A DNA stretch of 64,000 nucleotides from Paenibacillus flagellatus (GCF_003217775.1 NZ_QJVJ01000012.1:1-64000); one strand, 5' to 3'; positions 1 through 9,231 are shown, counted from the first letter of the stretch. Numbers and translations: made by a program. Notes: generated from the letters alone by a model not told the origin.

Positions 1-147
1 GGGGGGAGTTATCCCCATGTGGATATTGGTTTCAAAATTTCGCTGGTCCCACTCCCACTTATTCACAGTTGTTGATCCGCTCCTGGATGATCGCCACCGC
101 ATTCTTATGCGCTTTCGAAATTCAGGTATAAAGCATATTACGATATA

Positions 148-663
148 TTGATTCAAGGCTACGATAGACAGGATGAAATGATAAGGAAAATTATATCTGG
201 TATCAATAAATTTTTCAATCCTGATGATCATGAGGATGATAAGCTCAAAATCTGGACGACACATAAATACGAGCTTCGCACTTATCCCAGGGTAGCTGTT
301 ACAAGTAAATATGCGTATTCGAATCAAATTGAACTGCTTGTTCCAAGGCTGCCTGCCCATTTGAAGGAAATGGAATACGTTCCCGACCATTTTCTCTTCC
401 GCGTATATAAGTCGAAAGAAAAGGCCTTTGTTGAGCTAAGAATTGACCTAAACCTTTATCGAGTTTTAACGTTAGTTCAAATAGGATATCCATCACAGCT
501 AGTACCTGAACAGCATCAATTTAAGCTGCTTCGTTTTATGAACGAGCTTTCCTCGTTAGAATCGACAAGCAGAGCTAATGAGTTTTTGATCAGGGATATG
601 GATAATCGTTCATTATATCGAGTAAAGGTCAATAATGCACAATATGTATCAAAGCGGAGGTAA
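148..663 (+). CDS. Hypothetical protein, first gene of low-GC island operon (TTG at 148; alternative ATG at 178 with AGGA upstream)
   Basis: 171-aa ORF, low G+C, no recognisable motifs. Stop TAA 661-663 overlaps the RBS GGAGGT of the next gene, which starts 5 nt later. Confidence 0.45.
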   Translation: MIQGYDRQDEMIRKIISGINKFFNPDDHEDDKLKIWTTHKYELRTYPRVAVTSKYAYSNQIELLVPRLPAHLKEMEYVPDHFLFRVYKSKEKAFVELRIDLNLYRVLTLVQIGYPSQLVPEQHQFKLLRFMNELSSLESTSRANEFLIRDMDNRSLYRVKVNNAQYVSKRR

Positions 664-667
664 GAGA

Positions 668-2143
668 ATGGCAAACCGATTGAAGGAATATGGGAATCAG
701 GTATTAAATGATTATATCCAATATAGACCTACTTCATCATCTATTAAACCGGTTCATGTTGCTAATGGCTTATTTAGACTTGTATCTGGAGAAAGCTATA
801 CGGTGGATGCTTTAAATGAATGGATAATTCGCTGGAGGCAAGGTAAGGAGGTAAATCCAGCATCAGAAATAAGGAATAAATACAACGATGCTTTCGATGA
901 GAATGGCTTTGACGATGATGAGATAAATATGCTTCGGTTTTACTTAAATATCATTTTTAATGCCGATAATGCTGCATTCCCAAGTGCAAATAATACTGTA
1001 TTGACAATCAGCAGTAAAACCCAAGTTCGAGGGTCTGTTGCGCTAGAAGCTGGCTTACACAGCTTCTTATACCGCTTACTTACTACAGAGGTAAATGGTC
1101 AGTTTTCACCATGTCTAGGACTAATCAAAGAATATTTAGAAAATGAGAACGATGATCTTAGTAGAATCGCAGCGCCTCTGACCAAGTTTGCAAAAAAGAA
1201 AACTCACGATCAAGCTACCAACTCAAATTTACCTTTGCTGAGTGGGGTGGAGTTTAGATTAAGGGCTTCATTTGATAAGCTAGCTCAAAATGAAATGTCT
1301 TCGGGAAACAAGCTCTTGACCTTGGAAAGGATCATTCTGTTTGGATGTTTTGCTATTATAAATCATTTATCTTCAAAGGTGCTAGACTTATCCTCAGAGT
1401 ATTCTATTGATGATAGGGTTCCCATTCTTTTGGATGCAGATGGTGAGCTTGATTCAGTGAAGTATGCAAGCGAAGAGACCTTGGTGGTAGCTAAGCTGCT
1501 TATTGAACAGTTCTTCGAGAAGGGTTTAGAGGAAATTCTATCACCTGAGAAATATGATACATATACCCATGACGAAATGCTTGCACGAATTAATGATTTG
1601 CGTTTAGAGGAAAGCACGAGAAGAACCTCTAACCGTGAGGAGGAGGAGGAAAAGCGGAAAAGCTACCGAGCACTGTACCTAGGTTACTTTGAGCAACTCC
1701 GAGACCCCTTTCAAGCTTTTATTAAGGCTTCACGCTTTAAGCTCTTTGCCGACGAATATGATACTGATCCTTCAAGCTTCATTTCAACCTTTGGGGGAAG
1801 AATTGCTCTGCTCGCGCCGAGGGCACAGGGTGGAAAGCGAAAGAGATATTCTCCTGATCCACTTATTTTGGAAATCTTACTATTGACTATTCTAGAACCG
1901 GGACGTGGCTTGACTTTAAGCCAACTTGGTCATGAGCTATGGGATAGATACGGCATCATTTTTGGTGCTAACCCTGAGACCGATTTTGAAAAGCTAACTA
2001 CCTGGAAGGTGACCCCAAATACGCCTGGTGATCTGGCTGGAGATTTGGCGAAAAATGCGGAGAAAATCGCTGATACATTAATCTCAATGGGATACGGGAA
2101 GCGCTATGCGGATGGTGTAACTGTTATTTCCTTAAGGAGGTAA
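668..2143 (+). CDS. Hypothetical protein, second gene of island operon (491 aa; no Walker motif seen)
   Basis: ATG at 668 preceded by GGAGGT with 7-nt spacing. Stop TAA 2141-2143 lies within AGGAGGTAAAAAATG of the next gene, indicating translational coupling. The ORF track's 635 start is an upstream extension that overlaps ORF1. Confidence 0.55.
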   Translation: MANRLKEYGNQVLNDYIQYRPTSSSIKPVHVANGLFRLVSGESYTVDALNEWIIRWRQGKEVNPASEIRNKYNDAFDENGFDDDEINMLRFYLNIIFNADNAAFPSANNTVLTISSKTQVRGSVALEAGLHSFLYRLLTTEVNGQFSPCLGLIKEYLENENDDLSRIAAPLTKFAKKKTHDQATNSNLPLLSGVEFRLRASFDKLAQNEMSSGNKLLTLERIILFGCFAIINHLSSKVLDLSSEYSIDDRVPILLDADGELDSVKYASEETLVVAKLLIEQFFEKGLEEILSPEKYDTYTHDEMLARINDLRLEESTRRTSNREEEEEKRKSYRALYLGYFEQLRDPFQAFIKASRFKLFADEYDTDPSSFISTFGGRIALLAPRAQGGKRKRYSPDPLILEILLLTILEPGRGLTLSQLGHELWDRYGIIFGANPETDFEKLTTWKVTPNTPGDLAGDLAKNAEKIADTLISMGYGKRYADGVTVISLRR

Positions 2144-2146
2144 AAA

Positions 2147-5100
2147 ATGTCTTCTGAAATTGTACTTTCTGATATACTTGCTGCTATTGTAAGCAAAAGA
2201 GTATTTAATGAGAGCTATGGTATTCTCCTGAAGGATTTACCAAAATACTCGTATAGTAAATTTATAAATATGCTTGAACTTCGAGTTAGAGAACAAGACC
2301 TAGCAATGCCTAAAGTTTTTTTCGTTGGCTTCACAGACGTTGAGCTTGATGAGCTTCGACTTGAGCTGAGTGGTCAGCTTACCTACCTTTCCCTGTACTA
2401 TTCTGTTGAGGAAGCTGAGGATTTTAGAAATGACGGAGACGTTAATAGCACACGAATTGTAATTGTAAAAAGGGCAGTTCCAAAGCTCTCCTCCCTTCGT
2501 TGGTATGAGCAAATAACCGCAGAAGAGATTTATAAAGAGCTATGTGTCAATGCTGAAAAGCAGCTTGGGGGAATTAATGAGTCGTTAAGGAATATGTGGA
2601 AGTCTCTAAATTCAAAGAGAATAATGGATAGAATTTCACTTGAACGACTGATTGACTATTATCAGCACCTTACGTTAAATGATGAAGATATTCCAAGAGA
2701 TTCTGTAGAGCAACTATTTAGATTAGGTTTGTTAATTGATGATAGTGTATTTGTGAAGAGTAATATAGATTCAATCAGACAGAGGCTAATTGAAAACTCT
2801 AGGATAGTTTCACGAATAAGCAATTTAAATAAAGAGGACCGAAAGGCAATTCAATCAAATCCTGAATCAGATAAATTCCATTCTACTCGTTCAAATATTC
2901 TTCGATACTATAGTACAAGAGATGTTTCTGTTCTCGGAAAAATGAAATACAGCGAGGTACAGGAACTTCTTTCTAAGGTGAAGAATGAGAAGACAAACAA
3001 GAAAAAGCCAGTTGACGTTGATGATGATATAGAAGACTCTGATACTGATAGCATCTCGGGAAAATCAAGAAAAAAGTCAGATTCGCCGGAATCAACCGCG
3101 GTTGATTTAATAATTGAGCATGACACTGATAAGGTAAAAGGACTGCTTGATGAGATTGAGCTAAAATATACTGAGTGGGAAAAAGGTAAAGCAAGCAAAG
3201 TCAATGTTGAGAGTGAAAATGAGAGCACTCGTATTGAATTTATTCCTGAGATCCACAACCTTATTCAAACCTTTGTTGGTGAGAATTCCTTTGGAGGCGT
3301 AATAAAAGCCAATGTTAAAAACCCAATAGATGCATTTCGTTCATTGGAGCAATTTCGAGTTAGAGTGTTTGATAGAGAATATATTGATGGAATTAAGGAA
3401 ATTATCGCTCTATTCGAGGATGAATACGCTGAGGTCAAGGGGTTACTTGAAGTCTTTAATGAACTGTTATCTATCAGAAGCAGCTTAGTAAGCGCGGCTC
3501 ACCGTTTAGCGGATTGTCCAATGCTTAAGATTGTTGAATCCGATGAAATTCTAAAAAGCTGTTCTGAATATGTAGACTTGTACGGGAGAGTTCTTAAGCT
3601 TATTAAGCAGCATTATGGTTTATTAAGCTCCTTCAGCCCCAAAGGCTCGAAGCAATTAATAGCTAGCATTAATTCTTTAGACATGATCTACATCATTGGT
3701 GAGGAAAGCGTTCACGCAACTAGCACACCATTATTTCCATTATATCTTTGGAAATACGTCGAGCTTACGGTCAGATTAAGAGAATCCTCTTCCAGTTTGA
3801 GCGAGATAGATAAAGATTTCCTTGTTCGGGCATCAGGGGAAATTCCAAATCCATTACCTACAGTTTTCGTCAGTAGCTACATCTCAAACAAAGGCGACAG
3901 AGTAATTCCAGAGGTAAGCCTGCTTGGTAAGCTGCCGATTTATTCAAGCGAGCAGCAGGTCAACCAAATGCTTGACGGGCTTCAGGTAATCGAAAAATCT
4001 CTTACGAAGCTCATTAAGGTATATCCTCACAGTTCGTTCGGACTGAGAGTTGCCTTTGTGAATCCTCCAAGCGTTAAGCATGTTTTTGACTTGGTTAAAG
4101 GTATGCTTAGAGCAAAGGATATAAGCCTTCAGGGGGCTCATATACATATATTTAAAACTAAAGAGACTCCTGAAAATTGGTCAAGCTTTGATGATGTGGA
4201 TGATACCATATACAGTAAGTTTGCCCTCTCAAATGATCCAAACTTTTCAATTAAGATCGACACAATTGTATTAGGTTTCGATGCACTAGTTGAATTAGTG
4301 AAAAAGAATCACTTCCATACAGTTGTATTGTTTGATCCATGTGGAAAGTCCGTTTCAAATATTAGAAGAAATCCACTACTTAAAATTCATCCTTTGTGCA
4401 TTCCGAAGGTATTTGAGTATGACCCTATCGCGGATAAAGTAGAGATACTACCTGCTTCAGATGGAAATATATTCTCTGATCATCATGATTTAATTGGTCG
4501 TCTAAACGACAAGCCTCAGGGGTGGCATCACACAATTGTTTTAGAGCTAGAGACAAGTAAACAGGAATTTAATAGGCTGCTTGAAACTGTGCCATGGCTA
4601 ATAATAGCTGATGCCAATTTAAAGAATCTTGAATTGAGCGTTATAGGCTCAGAGAAGTGTATCTTTTATCAGTCAAAGTCCTTTCGTGACGTAGGAATTT
4701 ATTCAAATGACTGGGCAAAGCTTACAAAGGGGATGGACTATACAATTCGATCCATTGGAAATTATGATCCAAGGGAAGAGTGTGTGGGTAAGGTATTAAG
4801 AACAATTCAAGGCTTGAATGAAAGGGGCGTTTTGAGTCTTGCATCTTCAAAGGTAGATAGAACCTTTAATATTAATCATACTAAAGGTGCCCTTGGTACG
4901 GCTATCTCTGCAATTTGGTCAAAGCAAAATTCAAAGAATTTTATTATAGTAAGCTTAGATACAGAGCTTGCACAGAGTTGGCTAGATGAACGTGAAGAAG
5001 GGACTTTCTCTGATCTAATTGGAATCACTTTTGATGAGCATCAAGCAGTAATAGATATCATTGAGGTAAAAACATACGATGGTGCTTATCAAGTTGACCA

Positions 5101-6811
5101 AAATGAGATCACAGGAAAGGCTGTTGAACAGGTTAATTCAGTCAGAAGCATCATTCACGAGATTTTTAATGAGAGGGACAAGATTACAAGCACATCAAGA
5201 AGAGAGCTACTGAGGTTTCAGGCTTTTAGGTCTTTTTATCGGCTTCCATTATCAAAGTCTGAAAAAAAGGAGTGGACATACCAATTAAATCGGCTGTTCG
5301 CAGGGGAGATACCTGTCACAATAAACTCATCAATTCATCATGTCAGGTTTAGCGAGCAAGGAACTTCCACGAGCAGGCAGTTGGACTCAGATTATAAAAT
5401 TAACCTGCTGGAGATACGTGATGATTTTATTAATAAGGTTCTAGTAAATTGTTGTGAGGTCAGCTTCGAAAGTAAGTTCGATTCCTTAAGCTTTAAGGGA
5501 AGCAGAAATCCAACTCAACCTTCAACAGATGCTTTCTCAAATTCTAACATTTCATCTGATGAGAGTACGACCCAGCGGGATGTTGAAAGAGTAATCGAGA
5601 AAATCACTGTTGTATCAGATGCAGCAATAGAAAGAAGTTACAAGGCTGATGGAATCAATATTATTGATGATAAAATTGAAACTGCAGAGGCATTTCAAAA
5701 ACTAGCTGGAGATACAACGGCGGAGTTAAAGGACCTAATTATTAAAAATGCGGGTACATTATTTAGAGCAATGCGTGATTATTCAATCGATGTTTCGTCC
5801 GTTGATCCAGAGTTGGCTTTAGTAGCATCAAGATTTATTAGATTCCGAGTAAGACTAAGGGCTGGCGAAACATTGCAAAAGGTTTTGAGGTATCGTACGG
5901 ATATTACTAGAGAAATAGAAGCAGAATCTGAAATTCTTGTTGGGAACGAACGTGGTACTCAATTTGTTTTTGTTGATGTTCCTCGTAAGAGCAGCGATTC
6001 AATTAGGCTTTTAGATTATCTTAATATGCTGCCGCGCGATACGCCGGTTGGAAATCTAAATGTGGTCATTGGACAAGATCCAAGTGGAGAATTTAAGCTG
6101 CTTAACATTGCCCAGGCTCCTCACATGCTAACTGCTGGCTCTACTGGCTCGGGAAAGACAATTTTCCTTTATAGCTTGATTGTGAGCTTAATTTCTCAGT
6201 ATAGCCACGAACAACTTGAACTTGTAATTATTGACCCAAAGCAAACTGATTTTATATTCTTTGACGGTCTGCCGCATCTTCGGAATAAAGAGGTAATACT
6301 GGATGCGGAGAAGGCAGTCGAAATACTTACTGATTTGACTGAGAATGAATTGGAAAGAAGAACTGAACTACTTCGTCAATCGCGTAGTAGAGATTTGTTT
6401 AGCTACAACCAGAAGAATCCTGAAGCACCATTAAAGCCGATCGTTGTAATAATTGATGAATATGCTGACCTTGTTCAGGTAGCAGACCTTGAAGGTCGAA
6501 AAAAGGATTTTGAGAGACAAATGATACGACTGGCTCAACGCTCTAGAAATGTAGGAATACATTTAGTAGTTGCTACCCAGAGACCAAGCGCTGATATTGT
6601 CACTTCGAATCTAAAAACAAACATCCCTTGCAGGATTTCTTTCAGATTACCAGCGCACCAGGATTCAATGACTATTCTGGATTCGCCGGGTGCTGAGGAT
6701 TTGTTAGGTAAAGGCGATATGCTATTCTCACTTAATGGTGATATGACTAGACTTCAGGGACTGTACATCAGTGAAGAGGAATTAGAGAGCTTTTTAGAGA
6801 AGTATATTTAA
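2147..6811 (+). CDS. Large (1,554-aa) cytoplasmic protein with C-terminal FtsK/SpoIIIE-type DNA-translocase ATPase domain; N-terminal ~1,250 aa of unknown function
   Basis: C-terminal motifs: Walker A GSTGSGKT (6137-6160), Walker B VVIIDEYADL (~6443-6472), LVVATQRPSADIVTSNLKTNIPCRISF (6572-), and GAEDLLGKGDMLF, which closely mirrors FtsK LLGxGDMLY. No hydrophobic TM segments at the N-terminus. RBS GGAGG 4 nt upstream. Confidence 0.75.
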   Translation: MSSEIVLSDILAAIVSKRVFNESYGILLKDLPKYSYSKFINMLELRVREQDLAMPKVFFVGFTDVELDELRLELSGQLTYLSLYYSVEEAEDFRNDGDVNSTRIVIVKRAVPKLSSLRWYEQITAEEIYKELCVNAEKQLGGINESLRNMWKSLNSKRIMDRISLERLIDYYQHLTLNDEDIPRDSVEQLFRLGLLIDDSVFVKSNIDSIRQRLIENSRIVSRISNLNKEDRKAIQSNPESDKFHSTRSNILRYYSTRDVSVLGKMKYSEVQELLSKVKNEKTNKKKPVDVDDDIEDSDTDSISGKSRKKSDSPESTAVDLIIEHDTDKVKGLLDEIELKYTEWEKGKASKVNVESENESTRIEFIPEIHNLIQTFVGENSFGGVIKANVKNPIDAFRSLEQFRVRVFDREYIDGIKEIIALFEDEYAEVKGLLEVFNELLSIRSSLVSAAHRLADCPMLKIVESDEILKSCSEYVDLYGRVLKLIKQHYGLLSSFSPKGSKQLIASINSLDMIYIIGEESVHATSTPLFPLYLWKYVELTVRLRESSSSLSEIDKDFLVRASGEIPNPLPTVFVSSYISNKGDRVIPEVSLLGKLPIYSSEQQVNQMLDGLQVIEKSLTKLIKVYPHSSFGLRVAFVNPPSVKHVFDLVKGMLRAKDISLQGAHIHIFKTKETPENWSSFDDVDDTIYSKFALSNDPNFSIKIDTIVLGFDALVELVKKNHFHTVVLFDPCGKSVSNIRRNPLLKIHPLCIPKVFEYDPIADKVEILPASDGNIFSDHHDLIGRLNDKPQGWHHTIVLELETSKQEFNRLLETVPWLIIADANLKNLELSVIGSEKCIFYQSKSFRDVGIYSNDWAKLTKGMDYTIRSIGNYDPREECVGKVLRTIQGLNERGVLSLASSKVDRTFNINHTKGALGTAISAIWSKQNSKNFIIVSLDTELAQSWLDEREEGTFSDLIGITFDEHQAVIDIIEVKTYDGAYQVDQNEITGKAVEQVNSVRSIIHEIFNERDKITSTSRRELLRFQAFRSFYRLPLSKSEKKEWTYQLNRLFAGEIPVTINSSIHHVRFSEQGTSTSRQLDSDYKINLLEIRDDFINKVLVNCCEVSFESKFDSLSFKGSRNPTQPSTDAFSNSNISSDESTTQRDVERVIEKITVVSDAAIERSYKADGINIIDDKIETAEAFQKLAGDTTAELKDLIIKNAGTLFRAMRDYSIDVSSVDPELALVASRFIRFRVRLRAGETLQKVLRYRTDITREIEAESEILVGNERGTQFVFVDVPRKSSDSIRLLDYLNMLPRDTPVGNLNVVIGQDPSGEFKLLNIAQAPHMLTAGSTGSGKTIFLYSLIVSLISQYSHEQLELVIIDPKQTDFIFFDGLPHLRNKEVILDAEKAVEILTDLTENELERRTELLRQSRSRDLFSYNQKNPEAPLKPIVVIIDEYADLVQVADLEGRKKDFERQMIRLAQRSRNVGIHLVVATQRPSADIVTSNLKTNIPCRISFRLPAHQDSMTILDSPGAEDLLGKGDMLFSLNGDMTRLQGLYISEEELESFLEKYI

Positions 6812-6816
6812 TTATA

Positions 6817-6853
6817 GTACACCGTCAGAAACGAACCTGACGGTGTACTTCTT
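6817..6853 (+). terminator. Rho-independent terminator after the FtsK-domain gene
   Basis: Perfect 12-bp stem GTACACCGTCAG / CTGACGGTGTAC with an 8-nt loop, followed by TTCTT. Confidence 0.7.
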
Positions 6854-6880
6854 AGATGGTAGAAAGAGAGTGTGTGTGGT

Positions 6881-7570
6881 GTGTTTGTAAATGAGACAAT
6901 TAAGGGAATCTTTATTAAAGAAAGTAAAAATAGATTTCTATGTACAGTACTGATTAATGGGCTGGTTAATGAGTGCTACGTACCTAGTTCTTCACGCATT
7001 GAGAATTATTTGGAATTGCACAATCGTGAGGTACTATTAACTAAAAATCAAAGTAAAAAAAAACGAACTGAATATTCATTGTTCGCGGTGAAGTATTACA
7101 ATAAGTATATATTAATTAATTTGAATATGATAAATTCAATCGTTCAATTTATGATTCAGGAAAATAAATTAAAAACATTGAGTGGTTTTAGTATCAAACG
7201 AGAACAATTAATTAACAGATACAAAGCCGATTTATTGTTAGAAAATGAAGAAGGAATTCGGATTGTCATTGAAGTCAAAGGGATAATATCTTCTAAACAA
7301 GAGGTCATGTTTCCAAGTATTTATTCTGAAAGAGCAATTTTACAATTATCGAGGATAAAACAATTGCTTCAGGCAGGTGAAAAAGTTTCATATATTATTG
7401 TCTCATTAAGTCCTACAGTTAGAAGAATTATTCTTGATGATACTTACAGGGAATATTATCATAGTTTCAAAGAGTGTCTTGAATTAGGTATGCAAGTTCA
7501 GGCTTTTTCAGTCAATTTTCATGATGGGGTCATTACATTTGGTAAACGAATAAGGATTATTCCTTTATAG
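6881..7570 (+). CDS. sfsA: SfsA-family protein (OB-fold plus PD-(D/E)xK-like nuclease domain; sugar fermentation stimulation protein A homologue)
   Basis: Colinear similarity to E. coli SfsA from memory: RFL...V near the N-terminus, a KKKR basic patch, LSGFS, RIVIEVKGI (SfsA CYIEVKSV) and a C-terminal GxxVxAF segment. GTG at 6881 is preferred (RBS AGAAAGAGAG 10 nt upstream); GTG at 6872 is also possible. Confidence 0.7.
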   Translation: MFVNETIKGIFIKESKNRFLCTVLINGLVNECYVPSSSRIENYLELHNREVLLTKNQSKKKRTEYSLFAVKYYNKYILINLNMINSIVQFMIQENKLKTLSGFSIKREQLINRYKADLLLENEEGIRIVIEVKGIISSKQEVMFPSIYSERAILQLSRIKQLLQAGEKVSYIIVSLSPTVRRIILDDTYREYYHSFKECLELGMQVQAFSVNFHDGVITFGKRIRIIPL

Positions 7571-7580
7571 TGTGTAAAAG

Positions 7581-7611
7581 AAAGAGGCAGAGGCAGGTAA
7601 CCCAGCCTCTT
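7581..7611. terminator. Hairpin between convergent genes (likely terminator for the minus-strand small ORF)
   Basis: AAAGAGGC...GCCTCTTT stem. On the minus-strand RNA it is followed by CUUUUAC. Confidence 0.4.
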
Positions 7612-7821
7612 TCAGGAGGTCCATTCGGATTCATCAATCTCGATATGAATCCATCCAGTTGGGATGATGTGGAGTTTGTTATCAGCGGTCTTCAAACGGT
7701 GAGTCCCAGAGTCACGAACAATAAGTTCAGTTACATTTAAAAGAACTACTTTCCCACCATTTGGAAAAAAATATGTTCTTGAAGATTCCTTAAGTTGTAT
7801 AGGCTTACCGACCTCAGACAT
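7612..7821 (-). CDS. Small hypothetical protein (69 aa), low G+C
   Basis: ATG at 7821 preceded by a GGGGGG RBS at ~7-nt spacing (GTG at 7839 also in frame). No recognisable motif. Confidence 0.35.
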   Translation of the reverse strand: MSEVGKPIQLKESSRTYFFPNGGKVVLLNVTELIVRDSGTHRLKTADNKLHIIPTGWIHIEIDESEWTS

Positions 7822-7910
7822 AATTGTACCCCCCGACACGTCTATATACTACATTATACATCAAAAAGCAATTGCAGTATATATTTCAAAAACGATCAGA
7901 GGTGTAAGGC

Positions 7911-8894
7911 ATGCTGGCATTTTTTAGTTCAAATCATAGACCCCTTTATAAAGAATCAATTTATCGTGCACTGTCCTATCCTAATGGACATGTAATTCAA
8001 CTAAGATATAGGAAGCAATGGTTACATCAAGATGTTGTCAATAAACTTGAGTATTATAAAAAGAATAAAACCGATTGTATCCTTTTCTTTTATGAAAAAA
8101 ACAATCAGAGTTTTCATTCTATTAGAAAGGCGAAGATAATCGATTATAAAATTAGTCCTGTAACAAAGCAATACCATTTCTATATTGAATTTGAGAAATT
8201 TATTGATATGGAAATCGACATATCTACGGCTCAAGGTAAAACACCACTTGATGGCATACACTTTTCAGACTTGGATTTAAAAAACGGAGCAAAGCATGAA
8301 TGGTTTGAGAGAATAGATAATTTGAAAGCGGAGTTTCCAGATCTCGCTTTTTTTAATATTAATGGCTTTTATAATAAAAGTGGAAAAAAGCGTATTAAAA
8401 GCAAGTTTAAAAACTATGAATCAATCTATGAATTGCGAGATAATAAAGATTACAAAATCGAATTGTCGCTTTATAACACATCTTCAAATGATGAGATTTC
8501 TGAGTATACTCGAGATGTAACTGACCCAAACTTAATATTTGTAAACGAACCTTCAAAAATAATAGTTTCTGGTTCTTTGGATGACAGAGAGATAACATTG
8601 AAGACAAATACATTAGAGTCTTCGTCGCTATATTCTTATGTTACGTACAATGCTACTTCTAAGGACGGAAGTGTACAATATTCGGTTCCATTACAGTTTA
8701 AAATAAAACGAAATAGAACTAAGTCTTTCTATTTTGGGATATTATCTGCGAAAGCTGCGAGTTGTGTTGGAGTAGTAAATTACTTCACCAAGTTCAATTA
8801 CATATTGCCTTGCCATCGTTGGATTATTTGGATAGCGATATTTTTGTTTTTTCTTTCAGTAGCTGAGTTATTCCGTGTTTTCAATAAGAAATAA
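7911..8894 (+). CDS. Hypothetical protein with C-terminal transmembrane anchor (327 aa), low G+C
   Basis: RBS GAGGTG 8 nt upstream of the ATG. C-terminal hydrophobic helix WIIWIAIFLFFLSVAELF. No known motif. Confidence 0.5.
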   Translation: MLAFFSSNHRPLYKESIYRALSYPNGHVIQLRYRKQWLHQDVVNKLEYYKKNKTDCILFFYEKNNQSFHSIRKAKIIDYKISPVTKQYHFYIEFEKFIDMEIDISTAQGKTPLDGIHFSDLDLKNGAKHEWFERIDNLKAEFPDLAFFNINGFYNKSGKKRIKSKFKNYESIYELRDNKDYKIELSLYNTSSNDEISEYTRDVTDPNLIFVNEPSKIIVSGSLDDREITLKTNTLESSSLYSYVTYNATSKDGSVQYSVPLQFKIKRNRTKSFYFGILSAKAASCVGVVNYFTKFNYILPCHRWIIWIAIFLFFLSVAELFRVFNKK

Positions 8895-9231
8895 CCCGAA
8901 AATAAGTTTATTGATACGGTAACAATCATGTAACAAAATGTCGCGAATTTAGCGATAATTGGAAATAATACAAAACGCCGAAAACCCAGTCAGGACAGCA
9001 TGCTACGGTTCGCCGCATTGACGTCCTTACATCAAATTAGGGTATCTTCGCCTAGAGGCATTATTTTAACTCTATTAAATAGGCGAAAAACTAGCCTGGC
9101 ATTATATGAGTCATTGCCTTAAAAACTGCCGCAAAAATTCGTAATAAAGTATGATAAATTAAGAGAATAGTGCGTCACAGAACATTAAGAGCCTTGATTT
9201 TACGTGATTTTGAGGCACTGAGGGGCTTTTT

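Noticed and set aside
299-496. 65-aa minus-strand ORF inside island ORF1, and other small antisense ORFs in the island (2300..2512, 2908..3258, 3944..4147, 8022..8261, 8407..8613)
   Set aside because: Fully nested antisense within long, coupled sense ORFs. No RBS. AT-rich DNA yields such frames by chance.
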